From Schizochytrium sp. TIO01 (taxonomy: Eukaryota > Protista > Bigyra: Labyrinthulomycetes): DNA of 64,000 nt. Positions 11,223-20,982 of this stretch are shown here, piece after piece. Location of the stretch: contig SMSO01000032.1 of the NCBI GenBank assembly GCA_004764695.1, positions 8,960,483 through 9,024,482 on the forward strand, given 5' to 3'. The translations under genes and the position numbers were made by a program. Numbering within the stretch: position 1 is the first letter of the stretch; each line of letters opens with the position of its first letter. The notes below the pieces were generated by a model, which searched no databases, had not been told where the DNA came from, and saw only the letters and a list, made by a program, of their open reading frames with translations.

Positions 11223-12932
11223 ATGGGTGCAGATCAGTCTGTGGATGCCGGGCCCGGACCTTCGTATGAGCCACCAGAGCTACCAGAATTCCTGCAGGAG
11301 TCGCCTACAGGGTACCGTGTGCTGGCGATCCAGGAGAACTCCCCAGCGTGCCGCGAGGGCATTGTACCTTTTTTTGATTTTATTGTAGAGGCGAACGGCG
11401 CAGGCCTGCAGCAAGAGGATGGTACCTTCGTTCAGACAATTCGCGCCTTTGAGAATAAGCCATTGACGATCACGCTCTTCAACATCAAGTGCAAGCAACT
11501 GCGGCAGCTTTCATTCGTGCCGAGACGCGGTTGGGGCGGTGATGGCTTGTTGGGCCTGACCATCAAATTCGACAGTTTTAAAGACGCCGACGACAAGGTC
11601 ATTCACATCCTCGACGTCGTGCAAGGATCGCCAGCTGCTGAAGCCGGGCTTCAGCCTCACACGGATTACCTTCTCGGTACACCGTACACGGCCTTCGCCG
11701 ATGTAGATGAACTCTTCGACTTGGTCTCGGAAGTTGCTGCTGAGAATGAGTTCTCAAAACCGAGAGGCATCGACGTTTTCGTCTACTCTACCGCAACAGA
11801 TACTGTACGACGAATCGTGCTCACGCCGCGTTCAGGATGGGGAGGGAGCGGTGTGCTCGGCTGCGGAATTGGCTTTGGCTACCTGCATAGACTCCCAAGG
11901 TCCGTGCTAGATAGTACAGGTGTTGCACGGGTTGAGGATCTCATTGCTGTACAACCGCGGTCAGCATCGACGCCGCCTACCACCACAACACAAATTCAGA
12001 AAGCGACAGAAACTCAAAATACCCTTAACGAACCGGAGGGTACAAAGGTATTCGTAGACCCATCCATGCAGACAACATCGACACATGAAAATGAAAAGGT
12101 GCCAGCGGGTGACACACAAGCAACACAGACTTATTCTGCACCTTTGACTTCGACCGTAGACTCTTCAGGCGAAGCAAAAGCAATGACACAAGACGAAAAT
12201 GATTTGGAGACTACATTTGCAAAAGACCAACCTGTGTCAACTCATCAGATGTTACACTCTGCCCCTATTGAAGATGATCATGATGATAATGACAATAATG
12301 AGGCTGAAAGCGAAGATGAAATTGATCAGCACGAGGATGACAATGAAGACGCTGAAGAAGAGTACAACGACGAAAACGATGATGATGAGGACGATGAAGA
12401 TGATAATGATGATGCTCACGACCACGACTACGACCACGACGATAATGACAATGATAATGATGAAGATGATGACGACGATGCTGATGAAGACGATGAAGAT
12501 GATGATGAAGATGAAGATGAAGAAGATGAAGATGAAGAAGATGATGACGATGATGATGATGATGATAATGAAGACGATGATGAAGATGATAATGAAGACG
12601 ATGATGAAGATGGTGAAGATGATGACGTTGATAACGATGACGACGTAGATGAACCAGAGCACGTTGCAGACCTCCTTGCTGGTCAATGGGTCTCCACGCC
12701 CAGTGGACCTGGTATATTGCTAGGCCGCAGGTCCAACGGCACGTTTGTTGTTTCTTTAGACTGGAAACTAGCAAATGGTGCTTCATGCTTCGCTTTTCTT
12801 CAGCGAACAAGTCTCCATCCTATTGCAAACCCCAATGCCCCAAAGACGTCTTCCCCCGAGCACAATGGCCCTCAGGAAGATCAGCACAAAGTCATTGATG
12901 TCAACCTCGGCCGTCCACACCCCTCATCATAG
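11223..12932 (+). CDS. GRASP: GRASP55/65 Golgi reassembly-stacking protein with acidic tract
   Basis: N-terminal MG (myristoylation-type). Two GRASP PDZ units: GYRVLAIQENSPA..PFFDFI, WGGDGLLGLTIKF, HILDVVQGSPAAEAGL, WGGSGVLGCGIGFGYLHRLP. Confidence 0.9.
   Translation: MGADQSVDAGPGPSYEPPELPEFLQESPTGYRVLAIQENSPACREGIVPFFDFIVEANGAGLQQEDGTFVQTIRAFENKPLTITLFNIKCKQLRQLSFVPRRGWGGDGLLGLTIKFDSFKDADDKVIHILDVVQGSPAAEAGLQPHTDYLLGTPYTAFADVDELFDLVSEVAAENEFSKPRGIDVFVYSTATDTVRRIVLTPRSGWGGSGVLGCGIGFGYLHRLPRSVLDSTGVARVEDLIAVQPRSASTPPTTTTQIQKATETQNTLNEPEGTKVFVDPSMQTTSTHENEKVPAGDTQATQTYSAPLTSTVDSSGEAKAMTQDENDLETTFAKDQPVSTHQMLHSAPIEDDHDDNDNNEAESEDEIDQHEDDNEDAEEEYNDENDDDEDDEDDNDDAHDHDYDHDDNDNDNDEDDDDDADEDDEDDDEDEDEEDEDEEDDDDDDDDDNEDDDEDDNEDDDEDGEDDDVDNDDDVDEPEHVADLLAGQWVSTPSGPGILLGRRSNGTFVVSLDWKLANGASCFAFLQRTSLHPIANPNAPKTSSPEHNGPQEDQHKVIDVNLGRPHPSS
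12270..12655 (+). repeat. GAT/GAC/GAA low-complexity tract encoding ~125 aa of D/E/N
   Basis: Visible trinucleotide-like low-complexity sequence inside the GRASP ORF. Confidence 0.9.
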
Positions 12933-13689
12933 AAACAAGTTAAGATTAGTAGCAACTTACCGTGCGTTTGTTCGCACTTTCATTCAAATCGCCAACACTC
13001 TGTGATAGTATAACAGACCTGCAATAATTGTTCAGGTTTGTCAGGTCAAAAAAAAAAATGATTGCCCGCGCCATGGCACCTAAAGGAACCATTTAAGCTG
13101 TTCCTTGTTAGCATTGTAGCCCTTTGTAACCCAACCAAAGTAGCATCCTCCATTTATATACTTTCTTCGCCTCCCTTAAATCTTTTCCTTTGTTTTTGAT
13201 TTTTACATTTCCGAGTTGACCAAGCAAAGGCATGGCACACCAGTAAGGCTGCAATGGATCCTTCTGCTTCTATGCAAGAAGTACCTAGTTCTTCCTAACA
13301 CCCAGAGTTCTGAAGACATACATCACTTGGATATTTTCGCTAAGTAGCGATCAGTAGCGAACTACATCGTTTTACAACCGTCAAGAAGAAAAATCTCTCC
13401 ATGAACAAGAAACTCTTCGCAAGATCTACCTTCGCTTTCACATTAAGTAACCACTGTTACAACAACTGGTACCTATGAAAACGATAGAACTTAAACAATC
13501 TCAAAATAGTAGAGACGATTCCATATACATTATAATCATTTAGATCTTTGTTAAGAAGTGGAGGTTAGGTAAGAAAATAGAATGGCCAATGAACCACCAA
13601 GGTCCAGACACTACAAGTGAAGCAAACCTTCAATTCAATTTATCATAGCACTTGAATCAGAGGTTTGGCGTCTCAGCAAGTGCCCTTCG

Positions 13690-14292
13690 GTTGCTTCCCC
13701 GGAGGCAATCGCACATACGCAAGTGGCGACGTTAAGCGTACCTACGGCTGCGAGCAACGCGGCATTGACTGTACCATTATCTACGCCATAGTGTCCTCCG
13801 CCGAGCAAAAAGAGAATTTCAAATGCCAGATTGGTGGCCTCCAGCGTGCTTATTCAGACGCCTCCGACGTCTACAAAGACATTAGTAGATTGATCAACTT
13901 CAAAAGGCCGGGGTTGCGTGTCCTTCTGGACTACTGAGATCCACCGCAAGCTTGCACCTTGGCTCTGTAAAAACCTTGGTGTTGTCCTTTTGCCTAAATT
14001 TGAAACCTCAAAAAGATTACACAATGGATCAAAATCAACAACATCCAAATGATGTGTCGTTCGTTGGCTTCTGACAAGCGCCCATTCATAAAGCCGAGAT
14101 TCTCCCTTGCCAGTGATGTCAATTGAGTTTTTGCCGAGAGAGTTGCACTTCAAAATCAAGCAATAGAATGAATGTAGTACCATCCACGATGAGCTCGGAA
14201 CATCCATAATTTTCATATGCCCCCCCAAAAATGCGAATACGTAGCTGATCGTGATATCCACACCGCCAGAGGCATCTTTTTGCGCTACCTAT
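13690..14292 (+). pseudogene. Decayed Fanzor2 / IS607-type TnpB RNA-guided nuclease gene
   Basis: Motifs occur in the expected order across frameshifts and stops: FPGGNRTY (13695, degenerate RuvC-I DPGxRT), EIHRKLAPWLCKNLGVVLLPKFETSK (13936), ESCTSKS (14138), IHDELGTSIIFICP (14182), CEYVADRDIHTARGIFLRY (14232). Confidence 0.75.
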
Positions 14293-14697
14293 CCAGGGAT
14301 ATGATTTCAGAATTGTCTTTGAGTCGCGGATTAGGTTTATTGGCCCCACTTGTAGATGCAAATTTTATAAGTCAATTACTAAGTGTGAGTAGCTAAGTAA
14401 GTACTAAGGAGTAGGACTAATCTAGTCAGTCCCAAGCTTGTATTTTTTCTTTCTTTTTTACCTGTTCTTTTTTTTTTATCGAAACGGTCACATTGGGAGC
14501 GGGTTAAGTTGGGAGCCTTGGTCAAGGACAAAGTATAGGTTTTGCAAAAGAAACAAAATCAAAAGAGGCGGGGAGGGAAAGAACTGCTCCCAAAGAAGGG
14601 ACCTCTCGAATACCTGAGCAACATAACTGCGACCTTGCTTGTGTTGGCCTCTGCTCCTCAACATTCTTGCATTACTAAGCAGACAGAAGCAACAAGC

Positions 14698-17600
14698 ATG
14701 GATGCACAGGGCTGGTCTACGGAAACCTTGCTCACGGCGACACACAACACGTTGCGTAGGAGCAAGGTTGATGGCAGGCCTGTAACTCTAACAGACGTGG
14801 AGAATGTGTGGGAGAACCTCGGCGTTTTCCTCCAGCAGGCCCTTAAAGAGGGACGGGCAACACAGCTAGTTAAATTTGGTACATTTGCTCCAAATAACAC
14901 GATGCGCAAATCTAGACCTGAAAATTCATGGAGCTTGTATTTGGCATCTGATTTTGTGGCAGGTTGTGGCATACGACAGCGCAAGGCAGGGGCTACCAAG
15001 GTCCACGGTGCTGCGCGATTAAACTTTCTGGGGCTAGCTAAATTTAGCCATCTACCCAAGGATCTCTGTCGCAAGGTTGTAGAGACAATCATTTGGACAA
15101 TCACATTTGCACTCACGAAAGACAAATCATGGATGCGTCTCGAATTTCCAGGCCTTGGTCTTTTCCAGTGCCAACATGGTGTTTGTGATTTTCTTTTTGG
15201 TCGGGACGGCACATTGAGCGAAAACAGAGACATTCGTAACGAGGATCTAGCCTTTTCTGAGGATGGCGACGCAGACATGTACTATAATAACGCTACCAAT
15301 AGTGAAGACGAAGAGAGAGATGAAGAAGACATGAGGGGTACACATTTGCAACCTCAGAGCCAACTCCGGGACCATATTGGTATCAAAACACAAAACCGAT
15401 CGGGGCAAATGCCAGAGCACCAAGAACAAGCACGACTTCAGCCGCGTGCGTCACAGCAAGCCGCACCAGTACGCCGAATTGTAATCCCGCCTTCTATGGA
15501 CCGCCTTCGCGAAAAGGTGACACAGCGTGGAGGCGCTAACGGTATTCACAGTCTTAGTAGGCTTCTTCGAATCATGGATAACTCTGGTGACCGCTGCCTT
15601 GATCGTGAGGAGCTCAAGTATGGCTTGCAAGACTATGGAATTCGTATCAATAACTCGGAGCTTGAGGAGCTGTTTATGTTTCTTGACCGCGATCGCAACG
15701 GAAAGATCAGTATCGACGAGTTCCTCATCGGTATGCGTGGACCTTTAAGTAAGCGACGTATTGAGCTTATTCACATCGCATTTAAACGTTTAGACCGTAC
15801 AGGTGATGGATTTGTCACAATTGAGGACCTTGAGCTGGCATATGATTCCTCTCATGACCCCGACGTGAAAGCAGGGCGTACAAAGCCCGCAGATGCACTT
15901 CGAAATCTTCTTGCACAGTTCGACACACAAGACAAGGACGGCATTGTTACAAGAGAGGAGTTTGAGGATTATTACAAGAATGTGAGTGCATCCATTGATA
16001 ACGATGACTACTTTGAACTCATGATGCGTAATGCATGGCATATTTCAGGCGGACAAGGGCAGTATGCCAATACTAGCAATCGTAGAGTTTTAGTCACTCA
16101 CGAGGATGGGTCTCAGACCATTGAAGAGATACAAGATGATCTTTGGGTAGACAAGAATGACCAGGATGAAATGAAACGTCGCCTCGCTCAGCGAGGTGTA
16201 AAAGCATCCGGACAGCTAGGCCTGTATAACGCAACAGACTCAACAGAATCTGCGCGAACGGCCCACCGGCCGAAACGGTTTTCTGAGATCCAAGGAGGCA
16301 AGGCAATGCCCCAAGGTCTGCAACAACCTCGCAAGGCAGTAGCCATCGCATCCAAAACTAAAGGAGTTCAATTTCGTCAGCACATGCAGGATGAGGGAGA
16401 TGAAGCACTTCCTGTGGAACCTGTACAAAATATTGACAAATCTGGCGACCTAGCACCAACAAGTTCTGCAGCCACTAGCTCCAAAACTGCCACTTCTGAA
16501 GACCCTATGCAGAAACTAGGCAAGCTATTGCAGCAACGACGCCTGAGTGTTGACGACTTTCTGCTGCGAATTGGTGCGAACCGTGTGGTTGGAAGTGCCA
16601 GCATTGACGTCCCTGGCTTTATAAGAGGCCTTTCACGATTCGATCCTTCGCTATCTGCCGAGGAAGTTCAAGCTATTGCTAAAGCTGCAGATGCCGATCG
16701 ATCTGGGTCAATTGATGTTGCAGAGTTGTGCGCGTATCTACAAGGATCCAATGCTGTGGAGCGCATCAAAAGTGCTGTTTTACAGCGTGGAGGTATGAAT
16801 GGTATCATCTCACTGACACGTATCCTACGCAACATGGATACTTCCAGGGATGGGGCTCTAGATCGTCGCGAACTCACGGATGGATTTGCAGCCTTGGATG
16901 TCAAACTCAACTCTAAAGACGTCCAGGACATTTTTGCGTTCTTTGACAAGGACCGCAGTGGTAAGATTAGTTTTGATGAATTTCTTATAGGATTTCGAGG
17001 TGAGCTCAACTCTCGCCGACGGGATCTCGTGCTCATTGCTTTCTCACGCATGGATCGGACCGGAGACGGTGTAATTACAGTAGATGACCTTGAGCTTTCT
17101 TACGACCCATCACACCATCCAGAGTTCATGAGTGGTGCAATGACCAAAACACAAGTTTTGCGTGAATTTTTGGACAGTTTTGATGGTCTTGAAAAAGATG
17201 GCATCGTAACACAAGAAGAATTCCTCGATTACTACAAAGGTCTAAGTGCGTCCATCGATGATGACAACTACTTTGAGCTGATGATGCGAAATGCGTGGCA
17301 CATATCGGGTGGACAAGGTCAATATGAAAACACCACGAACAGACGTGTGCTTGTTACAGACGCCTCGGGGGAGCAGAGTGTTAAAGAAGTGAAGGATGAC
17401 CTGTACTTCGATGCTAGTGACGCGGATAATCTTCATAAGCGTCTTGGCCTGAACAAAGAATCTTCTACCAGCAATTATTTTGCAAGTGATGCCACGGGAA
17501 AAGCTCGCGATACGTCCAAGCGCCCAGCACGTTTTCAACAAAAGGTAAACGACGCCCCTCAAACGAATATGCGCACAAGAACCAATGCATCACAAAAGTC

Positions 17601-18972
17601 TACCTTTGCAAAATTTGGCCCTTCCAGAGCCAAATCTCAACTTGCCTGGGGAAGACCTTCGAGCGTTGATCAAGGGCAAGATTCATTTATGATGAATGGA
17701 GGAGACGAAAGCCTTCCTGGTGGTCCAGCACCCTCGTCAAAACAAACATCACGCTTGGGCAGGTTTTCCTCAAAAGTTCGAACCACCCCTGGAAGTGCAC
17801 AACGTCGATCGTCTTCTATTCAAAGTCAAAACATACCAAGACGATCCCAGCAAGCCACAGAACCTCATGCTCTCGGGATGTTGCGCGAGCGAGTGGTCAA
17901 AAGAGGCGGAACAAATGGTATTCACACACTTGGTCGAGTGCTACGCATCATGGATGACTCAGGGGATAAGAGTCTTGATCGAGAGGAGCTGAAATATGGC
18001 CTCGAGGACTATGGTATCAAATGTACGCCCGCAGAGTGCGATGCTCTTTTTACATATTTAGACAGAGACGGAAGTGGTAAAATCAGTTTTGATGAATTCT
18101 TGGCAGGCATGAGAGGGCCGGTGCCCGAAAGAAGAGTAACGTTAATTAAGATGGCGTTTCAACGCCTTGATCGCACTGGAGATGGCCAAGTCACTGTTGA
18201 AGATCTTGAAATGATCTATGACCCCTCTTTTCACCCAGAAGTACGCAGTGGAAACTTAACAAAAGCACAAGCCCTTCGTGAGTTTTTGTCGCAGTTTGAT
18301 ACTATTGACAAAGATGGCATTGTAACTGAAGAAGAATTTATTGAGTACTACAAGAATGTTAGTGCTTCGATCGATAGCGACGACTATTTCGAGTTAATGA
18401 TGAGAAATGCATGGCATATTTCAGGAGGCCAAGGTCAGATGGCCAATACTACGAATCGTCGTGTATTGGTCACTCATGAAGATGGCCGTCAAAGCATCGA
18501 AGAAGTTCAAGATGACCTGTGGGTAGATAAGGACGACGAAGCTGAAATGAAGAGGCGCCTTGCAAAGCGAGGAGTCAAAGCCCAGGGTTCATTAGGAATG
18601 TTTCATGCCAGTGACGATACACACGCTCCTAAAAACATCGGTAAGCGTCCCCAACTTTCGCACCGCGGTCCACGTCAACCTCAGTCACAGCACAAGCACA
18701 GAGAAACTACAATCTCTTTGGCATGGGATGAACCTGAAGACCTCAACGCTTCGCAGGCCAAGATTCGTATGGCACGAGAGCGAGAACGCAAAATCCGTGC
18801 TGGAGCTGCAACAAGAGTTCAAGCGGCAGTAATAGCCCACCGAGCAAAGCGCAAGACTGAGATGCTTAAGCGTAACCAGCAGACAAAACAAGCCCAAGAG
18901 CAAGAAGTTCAGCAAGAGCGCCAAGCTCAAGCACGCCGCATCATTCGTCCAGCTGGTCCGAATTGGTATTAG
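14698..18972 (+). CDS. Calcyphosin-like multi-EF-hand protein with three modules and an N-terminal HU/CCDC81-like region
   Basis: First ATG is at 14698. Three modules each contain DxSGD/DRDxxG/DRTGDG EF loops and end in DDxYFELMMRNAWH. The N-terminus VWENLGVFLQQALKEGRATQLVKFGTF resembles CCDC81 HU-like domains. Confidence 0.85.
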   Translation: MDAQGWSTETLLTATHNTLRRSKVDGRPVTLTDVENVWENLGVFLQQALKEGRATQLVKFGTFAPNNTMRKSRPENSWSLYLASDFVAGCGIRQRKAGATKVHGAARLNFLGLAKFSHLPKDLCRKVVETIIWTITFALTKDKSWMRLEFPGLGLFQCQHGVCDFLFGRDGTLSENRDIRNEDLAFSEDGDADMYYNNATNSEDEERDEEDMRGTHLQPQSQLRDHIGIKTQNRSGQMPEHQEQARLQPRASQQAAPVRRIVIPPSMDRLREKVTQRGGANGIHSLSRLLRIMDNSGDRCLDREELKYGLQDYGIRINNSELEELFMFLDRDRNGKISIDEFLIGMRGPLSKRRIELIHIAFKRLDRTGDGFVTIEDLELAYDSSHDPDVKAGRTKPADALRNLLAQFDTQDKDGIVTREEFEDYYKNVSASIDNDDYFELMMRNAWHISGGQGQYANTSNRRVLVTHEDGSQTIEEIQDDLWVDKNDQDEMKRRLAQRGVKASGQLGLYNATDSTESARTAHRPKRFSEIQGGKAMPQGLQQPRKAVAIASKTKGVQFRQHMQDEGDEALPVEPVQNIDKSGDLAPTSSAATSSKTATSEDPMQKLGKLLQQRRLSVDDFLLRIGANRVVGSASIDVPGFIRGLSRFDPSLSAEEVQAIAKAADADRSGSIDVAELCAYLQGSNAVERIKSAVLQRGGMNGIISLTRILRNMDTSRDGALDRRELTDGFAALDVKLNSKDVQDIFAFFDKDRSGKISFDEFLIGFRGELNSRRRDLVLIAFSRMDRTGDGVITVDDLELSYDPSHHPEFMSGAMTKTQVLREFLDSFDGLEKDGIVTQEEFLDYYKGLSASIDDDNYFELMMRNAWHISGGQGQYENTTNRRVLVTDASGEQSVKEVKDDLYFDASDADNLHKRLGLNKESSTSNYFASDATGKARDTSKRPARFQQKVNDAPQTNMRTRTNASQKSTFAKFGPSRAKSQLAWGRPSSVDQGQDSFMMNGGDESLPGGPAPSSKQTSRLGRFSSKVRTTPGSAQRRSSSIQSQNIPRRSQQATEPHALGMLRERVVKRGGTNGIHTLGRVLRIMDDSGDKSLDREELKYGLEDYGIKCTPAECDALFTYLDRDGSGKISFDEFLAGMRGPVPERRVTLIKMAFQRLDRTGDGQVTVEDLEMIYDPSFHPEVRSGNLTKAQALREFLSQFDTIDKDGIVTEEEFIEYYKNVSASIDSDDYFELMMRNAWHISGGQGQMANTTNRRVLVTHEDGRQSIEEVQDDLWVDKDDEAEMKRRLAKRGVKAQGSLGMFHASDDTHAPKNIGKRPQLSHRGPRQPQSQHKHRETTISLAWDEPEDLNASQAKIRMARERERKIRAGAATRVQAAVIAHRAKRKTEMLKRNQQTKQAQEQEVQQERQAQARRIIRPAGPNWY

Positions 18973-19479
18973 GTCCCAAGTCTATTCATCGAAACAGTAT
19001 CCTCTGGTGATTTGAGTGTAAGCATGATTCTCCAATGTACCTCCCATGCTGTATGTTGGGTAGCAAAGACGAGTCCTTTTGCTCATAAGGTATTGCTCAA
19101 GATGTTGGCGTTGTCTGAACAGTTCTTCTTACCTAAAAAATTAATATCACCAAATCTGCTACACCTTCGCATTCAGATATAACAATATCTTAATTCGTAA
19201 CTTTGCGGATAGGTCCAAAAATGCTCCTTTCCTGACTATTTGTGGATAATGAGACAGTGTCATGCGCAGCAACTGCATTGTGTCTATCGAAAAGAAGATA
19301 TTGCAATGCCTTTTACCAAAGCCTCATATAGTTTTCGTAAACATAGGATGCACGAAGTCGTACAAATATATTCTAGTGAGGAAGCATTCTGGCTGGAGTC
19401 AGTACTCAAGTCAAAGGATTGATAGGACATTAACTCTAAGAACTGGAAGTGGACCCCTTTCAGAGCACTACTGTAAGAG

Positions 19480-19965
19480 TTGCCTCGTCTCAAAGGGGAT
19501 CAGAGCCTAGCTGCAGCGTTATATCACAGAGCGTCTCCTCGTTAGTCAATACATTGTGGTCACTAACGAAAACCACACGAACTTCCTTCGCGACAATACA
19601 AAGCTTTGGACAGTCCCTAACGTTGTATTTACGGTCCTCAAAGAAACAAAGCAAACCCACGAAACGCTTCCTCAATCGTTCAATAGCACATTGACACCAG
19701 ATACTCTGCTGCAACGTACGTGTATACATTTTATTCCCAGACAAGTCTCTTCACACAGTCAATCTCCTACGCAGGTTTTGTGACGACCTCTACGCGAACG
19801 AAAACCGTACCTTTCTCCATCACTAGAGTCCATTTCATAATGTTGAACAAGCACTTAATCCTTGCCATCTAGAGCTAAAGCTCTTTTGACTCTTCAATCT
19901 ATGGCACGTGAGAAGCAATGACTCGAAAGAGTTTGTCTCGATGCCTTCCCACGGCGATCCTGCTT
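19480..19965 (+). repeat. Dispersed repeat copy A, homologous to 56770-57275
   Basis: Colinear shared blocks such as ACGAAAACCGT[A/C]CCTTTCTCC, CATAATGTTG, AAGCTCTTTTG, ATTGACACCA and CTT[C/T]CTTCGCGAC. Confidence 0.75.
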
Positions 19966-20982
19966 CTCACTAGCTAGAGGAGTACCCTACATATTCTCTC
20001 AAACAATCCATGAAGATCAAATCACATCAACCTTCTTACATAGGGTACCCAATCCTTAATTAAAAGTGAGCCTATCTTCACAACTTGCTCCCATTAACAT
20101 GAACTAAAGACCTTCGATCCAGGGCACAAGTAAATACCAACTGAAAGTGTTGATTCTACGAAGTAATATTCTTTCTTTTTCTTTTCTTTTTTTTAATTCA
20201 AAAGAAAATGTCCTGGACAGTATGAAGGTCATTCCGCCTCGTATAGATTTTCTCTACAGAGTTTGCTTCAAAGATAGGCCAGCCGATCCGTGTGCTTCTA
20301 TATTCTGAAATGGCTTTGCTGCCATAGCGAGCGATGCTCAGATCGCTTCTCCAGCGCAAGTGAGTCTGCGCATAATGTACAAAAAAGCTGTGCAAGTCCT
20401 TTTTCTGGTACTTTTCCAGGGACATGGAGCTGGGTGGGAACTACCTGCAACGCAAAGATCCCTCCCATAAGTCGCAGGATATTGTGTCAGTCGCGAGGGG
20501 AGGCTAAGGAGGCACTGCGTTGCAGTTTCTGCAATGTACATTGGCAGAGGGTCGAGGAAACCTGGTCTCGAAATAAGATTTTTCTTCTTCGTGAAATCCC
20601 TCCGTTGGATTGTCTTCGAAAATGAATGATAAGCCAGGTTTAACACGAGGAAAGGTTTCGGTTCCAAAGGATAATAATCTAACTTTTTCTCTATTGTAGA
20701 TACCCCCTAGGTCCTAGAAAAGCGGATGAATATCCACACTCAAGGTTGAGACTTTGTTGTTCCCTGTATTGAAACCTGGTATCTGAGGATGCTATGATGG
20801 CAAATGAGACGGTACTAAGTACAACCTTATGCCTAGGTTTTGTTCCTGCTGAAGCGGGTGCATAATGCATCTGGCCCAGTCCGACAGATTAAAAGGGATG
20901 CTCTATGTACAAGCAAAACCCTTATATCTGCAAACTTCAATTTCTAGTAGCTCGTTGGACCTAAGCGCGAGACTAGAATAAA

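Noticed and set aside
12199-12810. Poly-M, poly-I and poly-H ORFs
   Set aside because: Other frames of the GAT-rich acidic tract of GRASP.
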